The notes beneath the pieces were generated by a model. It did not search any database. It was not told the origin of the DNA and worked only from the letters and a program-made list of their open reading frames with translations. Shown here in pieces: positions 12,633-25,300 of a DNA stretch of 64,000 nucleotides (position 1 is its first letter; the number at the start of each line of letters is the position of its first letter). Made by a program: the position numbers and the translations under genes. This DNA comes from Entomortierella parvispora E1425 (taxonomy: Eukaryota; Fungi; Mortierellomycota): positions 1,116,001-1,180,000 of the forward strand of contig BQFW01000003.1 of assembly GCA_020891255.1 (NCBI GenBank). The letters are read 5' to 3'.

Positions 12633-15441
12633 ATGGACAGTGCTCACGATCAGGCTCATAATCCCTCCAAGCAGAAGCGATTCGTGCAATGGCTCGTCGA
12701 CAACAACGCTCACTTCCCAAAGCTTGAGTTCAGGGACGGTAAATGCAAGATCAGTGATTTGCCTTTGTTTTTTCCTGCATGCTTGACTGAATCCAAGACT
12801 CATTATTTTGATTGGTACTGGTCCTTAAAAGGAGAGCCTCCATAGCGCAAGGGGCAACAACAACAACAACAACGGCATCAAAAGACCAGATCTGAACGTC
12901 TAATTGCTCTCCTTTTCCTTAGACGACGAAGGGTGCGGAAGTGTTTACGCTTCCGCGGATATTGTCGAAGACGAGGTTTTTCTCATCATTCCTTTCCATC
13001 CGCTGGTGATCACTGATACGCTGGCGCGCAAGAATCTCGAGCCATTGTTAGTCAATCTGCCTTCCAATACTGCACTCGACAACCGAACGGCCTTGACTCT
13101 GTTTTTGATTCAGCAAGTGGAATTAGGCTCGGCGTCATTTTTTCACCCTTATCTGGACATGATTCCTTCAAGAATTCACACGGCCTTGGAATTTGATAAT
13201 CAGGATATGGAGTTTTTGCATGGCACAAACGCATTCCTGACTGTCCAGGAACTCAAAGAGACTTTGAAGGCTCGATATTCGGCTACGATGGCGCTGGTCA
13301 GCCAACAAATGGATCCAGCGATCTACACTTGGGAACGCTTTCTGTGGGCAGAAACGGTGATCTCTTCTAGGACTTTCCCCGCTCATCTGTTTGGCGACGA
13401 CGTGGAGGGTGAGCTTGTATTGATCCCCTTGGGTGGTAAGGAGGGAACAACCTAACGTGCCGCATGAATCCAAAATAGCTCGGGGTAATCTAATATTTGA
13501 CTTCTTTAGATACGCTGAACCACAAGAGTCGGCACAAGGTCACCTGGATCAAGACTCCTCAGGGCTTGGAAATGTCGAGTGCGGCCGTAGGAAAAGGCGA
13601 GCAAATGTACAACAATTATGGTCCAAAGGTAAGATCTCTTCCTTATTAATCCATGATTTAATACGTTTAAAACGAACGAGGCTTCTGACATTCATTTCCG
13701 TACAGTCGAATGAAGAATGTAGGCAATTATCATTTCCATGTGTTGGAAAACATATGAACACCTTCGATAACCGTCGATCAATTGGATCATCATCGAAGTG
13801 ACTGTGGAATCTTTCCCCACCGCCTTTTTTATCTTGCTGATGCTGCTTATGCAAACAATTTCCTTCATTACAATACGCATCTCTCTCACAACTAGTATTG
13901 GTCGGCTATGGGTTCTGTACAGTGGTAATGTATATTCCATTCATGACATCTCATCCATACTCAACTGTTAAACACATATTTTATTTATCTTTTCCTTTAG
14001 GATAATGAGGATGACACAGTGACGCTGAAGACCAACTTCTCAAGGGATCCCGATCAGGAGAGAAAGGCCATGATTCTAAAGCATATGGGGATCACCCAGC
14101 AGACAATTCACTACCTTCGTCATGGATACATCCCAGATCAATTGCTGGTTACCATGAGAGTCATGGCCATGAACCCTGCAGAAGTTGATATCTGTTACGA
14201 GCTTGCGGACCAGGAGGATCTGAGCTTTAAGAAATCCTTATCCGAGCCAGACCCGACTGGCGACAACAATAGCGCTGATGGGGGAAATGGGTGTAGCAAA
14301 TTCAATGGTGAAACAGTGGCAGAGTTGCTCACATTTTTGAACGTTCGCAATGAGTTTGCCATGTTGGACCTATTGGATATGCTCATGGGCGCCAAGCTGC
14401 AAGGAATCCTTGAGTGGGACACTAGGTTGACATCACCTCAGAACCAGGCGCAGGAATTCGCGCATATCTACCGGGAAGGTAATTCGAAGGAGCCGAGGCA
14501 GCAATGAAAAAGCCTTAATACCATGCTTAGCATGCTAATGTGGTATCAACTTGTGAAATTCACGTTATAGAACAAAAGCAGATCCTCCGATCGTGTTCAA
14601 GTATTGCTCGAGGCATGATGTCGAAGTTGTTACAAGAGCTCTCGTCTGGTCAATTGGACATGGGACGAGCCATCTTCATGAGAGGGCAGGATTCGTCCAG
14701 TCGGCGACCGCTGTCGGTAGAGTCTTATACTTCTGAGATGTTCCAGGAATGCGCTACAAAAGAGACAAGGACAATGACGGGGCTAAAACAGGATGTAGTC
14801 TCACAGGTCCTTCTGACTGCAAAGGGAGTAATGATAGAGAACAAGGGCCAGGTGTTTGGAGAGGCCTTCGTGTCTGCCTTTCCCAACCACGGGTGGGGTG
14901 ATGAGAAAGACGACGGAAACGAAAACTTACTAGACCTTGACGAAGAAGGAGAGATGGCAATGCAGATGGAACAGGATGCCATTTTAACTTGTTTCCTTGT
15001 GTTGGAAAGTCATCAACCACGTCAACGTACTCAGTTCATCTCTGCGGCTAAAACTGCCAACTACTCAAGGTAAGATCACGGCCTGCAGCCACCAACGCAC
15101 TATTTCTGCAAACCCCATCTAACAGGATCATTCGATCGTCATAATTTTCCCTTTTTTTTAGTCAGCTGGATGAAGACATGAAGGAGGATGTCGAGGATCT
15201 ACGCCAGTCATTGCAGGAGACGCTCGAGTCGGTGGATGCCAAGACGTTCGATTTTGATGAAAGGTTCACGTCCGAGGCGTTTATCTGGGCTACAGGGCTC
15301 TTGGAGGCACTCTCTGTCAGCTTGCATATCGAAGGCGAACGGATTACAGGGCTTGTTGCGCCTAAAGACTGCAAAGGCACAGACGATACCAATCGCAGAG
15401 GTAAGAGGAAGTTGGAGGTAGAAGAAGGCGATACCCAGTAA
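12633..15441 (+). CDS. SET-domain protein lysine methyltransferase (Rubisco-LSMT/SETD3/Rkm-Efm class), multi-exon
   Basis: FVQWLVDNNA, GSVYASADI, LTLFLIQQVELGSASFFHPYLDMIP, WERFLWAETVISSRTF, LIPLG|DTLNH and GEQMYNNYGPK|SNEE motifs across GT-AG introns. Confidence 0.85.
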
Positions 15442-15520
15442 TCAAGAGACTTTTTGCAGGAAGAGGAGCGAGTTTTTAATAAAAAGAAGTTCTGGGACGG
15501 ACATAATGAGGTCTTCTCTA

Positions 15521-15903
15521 TCAGTTGCTGGATGGTTGTTCTGATGGCTGTTGCTCCGAAGATGTTGTCGAGGAAGTCCCCGTGGTTGACAGTGCTCCTG
15601 TGACAGAAGGGGCTGCTTCAACATTTGCGAATGGGTTTGGCTGAGACTGAGCCTTCAACAGGGCCTGAAGTGTCTCCGTCAGCTTGTTGGTGCGCCCTAA
15701 TGGTTGAGGATGCGGAGTAGGAGGGTGGACGATTAGCCCATGCATTCTTCAAAAGTTTTTTTTTTGTTTTTTTACATAGCACACCAAGGTCTGGATTCTT
15801 TACCATCGAGACTGTCCAGGGCCAGGTTCGCTGCGTCGATGTCCTGAACGATTTTAGAGATGTCGAACTCGGCGGCGTCGTCAAAGTCATTGGTGTCGGT
15901 CAT
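15521..15903 (-). CDS. Small 91-aa coiled-coil protein resembling UPF0184/bublin (C9orf16)
   Basis: Exons 15804-15903 and 15521-15696, intron 15697-15803 (GT..GCTAAT..TAG). The core ISKIVQDIDAANLALDSLDGRTNKLTETLQALLKAQSQ matches the pattern of the UPF0184 helix as I recall it (by-eye alignment). Confidence 0.6.
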
Positions 15904-16123
15904 TGTGATAGTTATGGGACGGATGGATGAATAAAGAGGGAAAAGAAGGAAATGAAAGAGAAATGGAAAAGAAGGAAATAAAAGAAAGACGCCACCAAAG
16001 CTTCATGACTTCCTGCTCTCGTCTCTTTTCGCGCATGCAACGCAACTGTACTCCATTCAGCCATTCGTCCATCTATCCATTCGCAGCACTCGCTTCCCCA
16101 TCGCATCCGCTTTTCCATAGACC

Positions 16124-16736
16124 ATGTCCCTCAGCCGACTATTAAAGGACCATCAAGCCAAGCAAGCTTCTCAAACGCGGGAGACAGGTTCGTTCTCTTT
16201 TGACATGTGCTTCGTTCTGCTTTTTTCATCGCTGCATTCCGATGCTAACTGCCCATTGCTGTTATTTTATGAAACAGAGCAACTACGGAAAGAGGCTGTC
16301 CATAGCGTAGGCCAGTTCACGGATGCTGTAGCCGACACTCTTAGCAATCGGTAAAAAATCACTTCTTTGCACATTCAAGGAGAGCGGGTGTTGACGTACC
16401 TAGTCTCCCATCCCTTTTATCATCTAGGGTATCTCAAATATTCGTCCACCAAAAGGATCTGGAGCAGGAGGCAAGAGCACTCTCGACACAGTCGGCCCGT
16501 TATGCAAAACAGACTGCACAATGGCTCTCCCTTGTGGAGAACTTTGAGTCTTCGCTGAAGGTAATGGATAATACATATATCGTGACCATGGAGAATAAGA
16601 AGAAGATTGGGGTTAACTCAGTAAACATTGTCGTTCATAGGAGCTGGGTGATGTACAAAACTGGGTGCAGGTTATAGAGAAGGATATGGCCCAGGTGACG
16701 GCGGCATTGGAGAGCTCAAGCCAGGGTCCGCATTAA
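16124..16736 (+). CDS. BLOC1S1: BLOC-1 subunit 1 (BLOS1/GCN5L1)
   Basis: Four exons: MSLSRLLKDHQAKQ / EQLRKEA..LSN / VSQIFVHQKDLEQEARAL..QTAQWLSLVENFESSLK / ELGDVQNWVQVIEKDM. Confidence 0.9.
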
Positions 16737-16820
16737 AGACTTTATTGTTGTATTATAAGTTTACAGTAATATTTGCCTCTGTATATCGGGGTTGCCGCCA
16801 TTGAAAGGATGGCAGGAATA

Positions 16821-18806
16821 TTAGCGACAGACCTGCTCATACTGATTCGTGGCGCGATTTTCGTCCCAAAGGGTCATGCTGGCGTTGCTGATCGCGGTGC
16901 TAATCATGCTGTGGTACCGACTGCCGACAGTCGGCGCAGTTGCAGGAGGAGCCCCACTTGTAGTCATAATTGTAGTATCGACATCAGCCCGCTCCTGAAG
17001 CTCGCGTTCTTGTTGTTGATGCAAGTGTTGTTGAAGCCGTTGTTGGATCTGTTGCTGTTGCTGTTGTTGAAGCACTAGTTGCAGCTGCATTTGCTGTAAA
17101 TACCTCTCTTCTTGGGCGTGAAGGGCTGCCCAAAGCATCAGAACGGGCTTTTCTTCGATCTCTTCTTCATCCTCTTCATCCTCAGCCTCACTGTCCTTGT
17201 CCTCATCATAATCCTCCGCCTCAGAGTCATCATCTCTTCCATCGTTGTTGAAAATATCCTGGTGACCACGTCCTTCTGTAGTGCTACGGGTGACTGTGGC
17301 AGCAATAGCTGAACGAGAGGCATGTGGCCCGGCACGGACTGCGTTGTTATACTCAATATCGTGGATACTCGTGCGCCTCCGGAAGGATAGATCTGGCTCG
17401 GTTCCTTCTGCGCTGTCCCCCACTCTCTGGTGTTGTGTTTCTGATCCTCCTGAAGCTGACGATGACAAGGAAGTAGCCAATGATGATCTTCTTGACGAGG
17501 CGTAACTACCGTTGTTATCCCTTGAGGCTTGGACTGTTCGAGCATAGGCGGCCGGCAGGTACCGTTCTGTGCAAGAGACACCGTCAGAATGGAACATCCA
17601 GAAATGACCATTGTTGCAAGCACTGAGACACTTCTCACACGGTTGGGTGACATGATACCCCAGGGTGTTTCCACAGCCTAGGCAAGCCACGTCCCGTATG
17701 CGACATTTGCAGTTGCGGGTCCTGTAGTCGTCATAGACCAATTGGACACCTGCAGGTGGACGGTCGGTCGAGTAAAGCTCGACTCGTGTATCGGCCAGGA
17801 GAATGGCCCTCATCCCCCGCATGCAAACGTCGGTCAGGCAGCTCTTGCACGTCAGACGACAGACGGCTTTAGCCTGGAATTGAGGATGAAGGGAGGGAGC
17901 CGTGCTGATGCCTGTAGTTGTAGAGGATTGGAAAGGTTGCTGGAGCTGCTGTTGTATCGACAATGAAGTGTTGTTGTTATTATTGTGCGGCTGCTGTTGC
18001 GGCTGATATTGGTATTGACGCTGTTGTTGTAGTTGATATTGTTGCTGCTGCATTAATTGCTGCTGTCTTTGATGCTGCTGCTGCTGCTGCTGAGATTGCT
18101 GAGCTTGCAAGCGCGACTGCTGAGCAGAAAAGTTGTCTGGCCCAGGTGGTCCTGGTGCTGGAGCAATGGGCTGCAGCCTATATGACTGTTGCTGTTGCTG
18201 TGGGTATTGTTGAGGATGCTGTGACGACGGATACTGAGTTGAGGATGGTCCCGATCTATACTGAGCCCTGCTTCCGCTACCGTTACTGTTGCTGCTGCTA
18301 TTGTGAACTGCATGGGTCAACACGTAAGAGGAATGTACATTGTTTGAAGACAAGGCAGAATTCTCACGCGGCAATGAAGAAGAGGAGGAGAAAGAGTCTG
18401 AGGTCGGCATTTGTTGCGGGTGTTGAGAGCCGTGGAGAGGCAAAGGTCCCCCTAATTGAATATCACTAGCGACCAGAGATTCTCTCCTGGGTCGGCCATT
18501 TCGAGCCTGTCTGTTCTGATGCGGTTGTTGCTGTCTAGAGTGAGAGGGATAGTGGTTTCTAGACATCTGGACTGGGGATGACGACAAAGGCTGCATCTGG
18601 GACGGGGGTGTGATCATAGCTGACTGTCTTGTGGGAAGCAGCGGTGGGGAAGAAGAAAAGGAGGTAGATGGTATGGACGTACGTGGGAGATTGACAACGA
18701 TGGTCTGATCATTCAGACGAGTAACATACGCCTGTTGCTGAGGAGTTTGCTGCTGGCTCTCAGAATTGCGGCGGTGGGAGCTGGAGGAGGAGTTGATTCC
18801 GGGCAT
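16821..18806 (-). CDS. FAM72-domain protein embedded in Q/S-rich low-complexity sequence
   Basis: Single-exon 661-aa ORF containing CKSC..RGMRAILLADTRVELYSTD..CKCRIRDVACLGCGNTLGYHVTQPCEKCLSACNNGHFWMFHS, the FAM72 signature. Confidence 0.85.
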   Translation of the reverse strand: MPGINSSSSSHRRNSESQQQTPQQQAYVTRLNDQTIVVNLPRTSIPSTSFSSSPPLLPTRQSAMITPPSQMQPLSSSPVQMSRNHYPSHSRQQQPHQNRQARNGRPRRESLVASDIQLGGPLPLHGSQHPQQMPTSDSFSSSSSLPRENSALSSNNVHSSYVLTHAVHNSSSNSNGSGSRAQYRSGPSSTQYPSSQHPQQYPQQQQQSYRLQPIAPAPGPPGPDNFSAQQSRLQAQQSQQQQQQHQRQQQLMQQQQYQLQQQRQYQYQPQQQPHNNNNNTSLSIQQQLQQPFQSSTTTGISTAPSLHPQFQAKAVCRLTCKSCLTDVCMRGMRAILLADTRVELYSTDRPPAGVQLVYDDYRTRNCKCRIRDVACLGCGNTLGYHVTQPCEKCLSACNNGHFWMFHSDGVSCTERYLPAAYARTVQASRDNNGSYASSRRSSLATSLSSSASGGSETQHQRVGDSAEGTEPDLSFRRRTSIHDIEYNNAVRAGPHASRSAIAATVTRSTTEGRGHQDIFNNDGRDDDSEAEDYDEDKDSEAEDEEDEEEIEEKPVLMLWAALHAQEERYLQQMQLQLVLQQQQQQQIQQRLQQHLHQQQERELQERADVDTTIMTTSGAPPATAPTVGSRYHSMISTAISNASMTLWDENRATNQYEQVCR

Positions 18807-19868
18807 CTTCTCTTTACTCTCTTTTTTTTTTTTTGTGGTGGTGGACTGGCTTCGTGATCAGATGAAATAAAACAAGGCGAGAGGAGGGGGAGCTACAAAG
18901 GAAAGCTATACTGAAACGCTGCTTTTATGTAATGAGAATGTGAAAGAGGGGAGGCAAGAAAGTGAGCGTGGGTTGTCGATATCACGTCCATTTGGCCATC
19001 TGCACTGCAACATAGTCTGCTACGGCTGCTCTGCAGTTTAATAACAAACACGCCAGGCAGATCACAACGCGACACACGATAAACATTAGAAGACAGAACA
19101 GGCACTGGATCCTGTCCTGTTCCCCTCAGGCCAACGGTCATCATCACGTCCGCTCTGCCTATTCCAAACAGCTGAAGGTGATGTGCTTGCCGTTGTTGTT
19201 GAAAAATGGACTGGTAACACGAACCAGAATGTGGAATCTGAGAGCATGGTTGATTCTCTCTCCAAACAACGACGAGCAGCGAGTTTGGAGTTTTGGGGGG
19301 AGGGGAAGGGTCGCGTGCGGGACAAACCCTGTCTACAGTTGCCACCGCAGCCAATTGGGCCAAAGGGCACTCGTACCCCTCCCTCAATGCATGGATTCCC
19401 TCCAACACGATGGAGCCTGGCGCATCGCTCAGATACGATCCAGATGAAGGGCGGTGAGGAGCTCAGAGCGATGAGATCGGCCACTGACAGCCCGGGGCAC
19501 CACGAGGGTGATTTAAAGATCTTGGACGGAACCTTACCTACAAATCGGGACCATTTGCATGATGCGGTTAGAGTGTGGATCATCTTCACTGTGGTCATTG
19601 ACAAAGAAGAAGAACATGAAGAATACATAATATGTTGCCCATCGTCCCCCTGTCGGAACACAGCTCTTGTTAAACCCTTGCCTGTCCTATATTGATTCCC
19701 GTTTCCTCTGACAGGCACCACTTTGTTCTGCTTTCTCCCTGATCTGCACTCCTTCTTCAGTGCTTCTTTCCATCACTCTTGTATCCCTTCCACTCGTTCT
19801 TGACTCGACTTCTTTCACTGTACTGCACAGACTGAGCCACGGCCACATCCCAAGCCGATTCTCGGACA

Positions 19869-22221
19869 ATGGAAAAAAATAATATCTCTCAGGACGACTT
19901 GTTGAGCGGGAGGAGCTGCCTCTACCTGAAAAAATGGAGGATTCTGTTGCATCAGAGTCGGATCTGCCCCCAGAGGAAGACGACTCCCCTGTGGAAGAAG
20001 TGCACCTCATTATTCCCAGTAAGCGACTATACTGTTACTATTATGGTTGTTGTTGCATGCACAGACGGCTCACTTTACTCCATGATACTGTTGTGAGATA
20101 GATACCGATGACCCGACAATGCCTTGCAACACCTTCCGGATGTGGTTCCTGGGCCTTTTCTTCACGGCCCTCGTCTCGTTCGTGAACCAGTTCTTTTTCC
20201 TCCGACAACCTCAGATCTCCATTGGATACTAAGTAGTGGCGCTGATCTCTTTGCCGATGGGACACTTTTTGGCCAAAATCCTGCCCACACAGACATTCAC
20301 TGTTTTTGGTCAATCTTTTTCGCTGAACCCCGGTCCGTTCTCCATCAAGGAACATATCTTGATCGGCACCATGACCGCTGTCAACACTAACAGTGCGTAT
20401 GCCGTTGACATTGTGGTACTCTTGCTCGTCTTTACAACTCAAGTTACAGGCTTTGCACTGGCAGGAGCGCTGCGGAAGTTCCTGATCCGGCCTGCTCATA
20501 TGATCTGGCCCTCGACTCTGGTCACGGCCTCTCTTTTCCGATCGTTGCATCACTCCAGTATTGTCGACAGTGGAGAAGACATGGGACGGATGCCCAGGAT
20601 GAGGTACTTTTTGCTGGTTACTTTGGGCATGTTCTTCTTCTACTGGCTTCCAGGTCTCATTTTCCCAACCTTGGGCGTGCTCTCGTGGATCTGCTGGATC
20701 AAGCCAGACAACATCGTTCTCTCACAGTTGACGGGCTCGAATGGACTCGGAATCGGTACCATCTCTCTGGACTGGGCGGCTGTATCCCAATATGTGTCAC
20801 CACTGGTCAGCCCTTGGTTTGCCCAGGTGAACATCATCATTGGCTTCGTCTTGGTCGTTTACGCTATGTCCCCTTGGGCTTACTATACCAATCTCTGGGA
20901 TGCCAAGACGTACCCGATCCTGACCGCAGACCTCTACACGGAAAATGGCGATCTTTACAACAAGTCTGAGGTCTTGACGGACAATGTTCTGGATAGAGCT
21001 AAATACATCGCCTATGGTCCGTTGCGCATGTCGACTTTTTTGCGCTGACTTATGGACTTGGATTCGCTGGACTGACAGCCACGGTTGTCCATGTTATTCT
21101 CTATAACGGCATAGAGATGACAGACCGTTGGCGATCCTCCCGGGTGAGCAAAGGAGATATTCATACAAGACTAATGAGGGTGTATGACGAGGTTCCAGAT
21201 TGGTGGTACATATCCCTCTTCCTGATCTCATTGGCGCTGAGCTTCGTAACATGCATCGTGTGGGATTATATGCCCTAATGGGCAGTGTTACTCGCCATGG
21301 CCATTGCGATCTTCTTCGTGCTTCCTGTTGGCATTGTTCAGGCCGTTACCAACCAACAACCAGGACTGAACATTGTCACAGAGTACGTTATTGGTTACAT
21401 GCTTCCTGGGCCTGCTATTGCTAATGTTACCTTCAAGACATGGATATATTGGTAAGAGAAAAATATGGAAAAATGCGACTCATGTTTTCAGCCAATGTTG
21501 ACGTGTGTAGTATTGTACTTTTTCAACTCTAGTCAACACTCAGGCTCTGGCATTCACGGCAGATCTGAAGTTAGGCCACTATATGAAAATCCCTCCCCGC
21601 ACCATGTTCATGGCTCAAGTGGTCTCGACCATCCTTTGTGGCGCGATCAATCTTGCCACAGCAACTTGGTTGATTGAGACGCGTCCCAACATCTGCACCA
21701 AGCAAGGGTATCCCTTCACGTGTCGCTCCACAAACACTTTCTATTCAGCTTCGATCATTTGGGGCGCCATCGGTCCTGCGCGCGTGTTTGAATCACTGGA
21801 TCGGGGCTTATACGGTCCTGTATCTTGGGGTTTCTTGGTTGGAGCACTCTTGCCGATCCCATTCTGGTTGGCGTCAAAGCGCTGGCCTCATATGAAGTGG
21901 CTTCATTTGGCTCATTGGCCTGTGCTGTTAGCCGCGACGTCAAACATTCCCCCAGCATTGCCGTACATGTACACGAACGGTTTCATGATCGGGTTCATTT
22001 TCATGTGGTTCCTGAAGCGTTGCAGGTACAATTGGTGGGCCTGATACAATTACTTGACCTCGGCAGCTTTCGACTCTGGGGTGGCAATCGCTGGATTGGT
22101 CTTCTTTTTCGCCATCCAGTCCTGGGACGGCGCCTTCCCGACTTGGTGGGGAAACCCCGAGGGGGATTTGGATCATTGTCCTTTGGGCGAGGCTAATTAC
22201 TACGGCAAGGCCGCGTCGTAA
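19869..22221 (+). pseudogene. OPT-family oligopeptide transporter pseudogene
   Basis: OPT motifs are present (EDDSPVEEV, TFRMWFLG, NPGPFSIKEH, IWPSTL, DLKLGHYMKIPPR, YNYLTSAAFDSG). Lesions: in-frame stops at 20230 (TAA), 21276 (TAA) and 22042 (TGA), frameshifts near 21040 and 21440, and an apparent ~14-aa deletion near 20415. Confidence 0.9.
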
Positions 22222-22357
22222 GGAAAATGTACTAGAATCTGTCATTTCGTTAAAATAAAATAAAGCTGGTTTTGGGCATCTGGACTTTTTTTAATTCATT
22301 GGATTCAAGTATTCAGAAAGACTCCTATTGATGGGGGATATGGTCTATCCTCAGGGC

Positions 22358-25300
22358 TCAGAGTGCAATCGGCAGACCTCTGGCCCCCCTTTGTTGTAGC
22401 AGTCGTAAATTCATATCGCTGATGTCTTGAACTCCTTGTATAGAGGCCTTCAACAAAACCAACGTATCTGGGGTTGATCGCCAATGCAAACGCACCTGAA
22501 GTTGATTCTCATTCTCGATCAATTTCCAAGTGCGAACAGACTTTGCTCTACCCCCAACTACGAAATAGAGGCCCTCACGAGTATCCTTCCAGGCAATACC
22601 ATAGGGTTCATCATGAAAACCGCCCAATACAAAAAGACATTGGCCAGAACTTATGTCCCACAGCCGCACGGTATCGTCCAAGCTGCCTGAGGCGACAAGG
22701 CGACCATTGGGTGAGTACTCCACGCAGTTGACCTCGTTGGTATGGTCTTCTAAGAGGAAAACAGGAGCTCCTGTCTCCGCATCCCACAATCTCACGGTCT
22801 TGTCGAAACCACCTGTGGCAATCTGGTGCCCACTAGGAGAATAGGCCACGGAGAGCACTGCTTCCGTATGGCCTTCCAAAGCAAGGACAAAATCGCCAGT
22901 GTGTGCATCCCACAGCCGCACAGTAGCGTCCCAGCTGCCTGATGCGATCTGGTGACCACTCGGCGAATACACTACAGAGGTGATCTCGACGATATGCCCC
23001 CTCAGGGTCGAGCTAAGAGCGCCAGTCTGGGCATCCCACAGCCTTATGGCCTTGTCAACGCTGCCTGTGGCGATCTGGTGGCCGCTAGGTGAATACGCCA
23101 CGGAATTGACACCGCTCTTGTGACCACTCAAAGAAAAGGTAAGGGTGCCAGTCTGTGCATCCCACAGGCGTGCGGTAGTTCCGTCACTGCCTGAGGCGAT
23201 CTGGTGGCCACTGGGTGAAAGTGTCACACTTTGGACGTTCCTCGTGTGTCCATTCAAAGTAGAGACGAGAGCACCCGTTTGTGCATCCCATAGTCGCACG
23301 GTCTTGTCCCAACTGCAGGAGGCAACTTGATGGCCGCTGTGGGAATATGCCACAGAAGTGACATTGCCAGAGTGGCCATTCGTGGAAAAGGCGGGGAAAT
23401 CTGTATGTGGATCCCACAGTCGCACGGTTTTGTCATTGCTGCCTGAAACGATTTGACCGCTAGGCGAAAACAAGACAAATGTGACGGACCCAGCGTGGCC
23501 ACTAAAGGAAGAGATAGGAGCTCCTGTTTGTGCATCCCACAATCGCACAGTCTCGTCTGAGCTGCCTGAGGCGATCTGGTGACCGCTAGCCGAATACGCC
23601 ACAGAGGCAACGACGCTGGTGTGTCCACTTAAAGAGAAGGTAGGAGTACCGGTCTGTGCATCCCAGAGTCGCACTGTATAGTCCCAACCACCTGAGGCGA
23701 TCTGGTTGCCGCTAGGCGAATAGACCACAGAACTGACGGTTTTGGTGTTACCAGACAACGTCGAGATAAGAGCACCAGTGTGTGCATCCCATAGTCTTAC
23801 AGTCTTGTCCGAGCTCCCCGTAGCGATCCGGTGGCCGCAAGGTGAATACACCACAGAAGTGAAAACTCCATCGGCGCCATCCAGAAAAGATACAAGAGCA
23901 CCGGTCTGTGCATCCCATAGCCGCACGGTTCTGTCCCAGCTGCCCGAAGCAAGATGGTTACCGCTGGGTGAAAAAGTAATAGAAGTGACACGATCAGTGT
24001 GGCCTTCCAAAGTAAATACAAGGACTCCTGTTTGTCCATTCCACAGCCGCACGGTGTGATCCTCGTCACAGACTGAAGCCATCTGGAGTCCATCGGGTGA
24101 ATACGCCATAGAAGTCACGTTGCTTATGGATGTTACGGGTGCGTCAGCCTGCGCATCCCACAACCGCACAGTCTTGTCATCACTGCCAGATGCGATCTGA
24201 TGATCGGTTGGAAAGGAGATTTTGTTCCATGTCGACGTGTCATACATGCTAATTGTATCATTAGCGAGGCCAACAGTCAAACGCTTCCCATCTGGTGAAT
24301 ATGTAAAATCCCGCACGCGATCCTCCAACTCAAGATGCGGATATTCGCCAAACGTAGCGCCCCCCATCTGGGAATTGCTCAAGTCCGCCCGATGCAACCA
24401 AGCGTTTCTAAGAATGGTGTTTCTTAAATCTGCTCCTTGGAGCAGAGCCGAGTCAAAGTCACCATAGCTCAGATCTGCACCAGGGACACGGATACCTCTC
24501 AGATCTTCACCGTTGAATCGTTCTCCGCTTCGAATCAAAATCGTAATTGCATTGGCTGCGGCCTGGCTGACACGTTGGTCTGTCTTCGAGAGTGTGATGA
24601 TGTCGTGAAGTTGATTCTTAAATTCCTCGCTATGGTGGACACGATCGGCGAGGAAACCAATGATGGACGGCTGATGGACAAAATTCTTCCGAAACAACAC
24701 TGAGATGGACTCCATTGTTGCCAAGCTCTCCAGCTCGGATTCCTGGCACTCGTTCCATTGTTCCACAAAGCTCTGTGTATCTCCTTCATTCGATGGCTCA
24801 AACACCGCCCGAGCAACACCATACTCCAGCACCGATTTATGGATAAACCGATACTTGTTATCAGTACAGACGAGGGGAGTGGCCTCACGTAAGAAGTTCT
24901 TCCCATTGTCATCGTCAAAGAATTTGGATTTCCAGTTATTCGTGTCCTTGATGGGCGAGAAATCGACCACAGGCTTTCCGTCTTGGTTGCAGTAGATGGC
25001 CACCGCCAAGTCTTTGACGAGATCGATGGCTAACTGTGAGAAATTTGCCTTCGTCAGCGTACGACAGACCTTCTGATCATCTTGATTCAGCGTTGGCGTC
25101 CTCTCTACCAGTCGCACTTGTCCTCGATCCACCCATTGTTCCAGGAACAGGTCATACAACGTGACCCTGGTGACATTAGTGAGGACGAGGTCTTGTAGAC
25201 CCACTAAGCGCGGCAGAACCTCGAGGGCCAATGATAAGAGAAAAGGGTTCGTCACCAGTTCCAAAAGGTTGGGAATACCCTCAATCGTACGCTTATATTC

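Noticed and set aside
18893-19721. Overlapping 170-210 aa ORFs between FAM72 and the OPT pseudogene
   Set aside because: Mutually overlapping, mostly non-ATG starts and no motifs. Likely promoter or UTR sequence.
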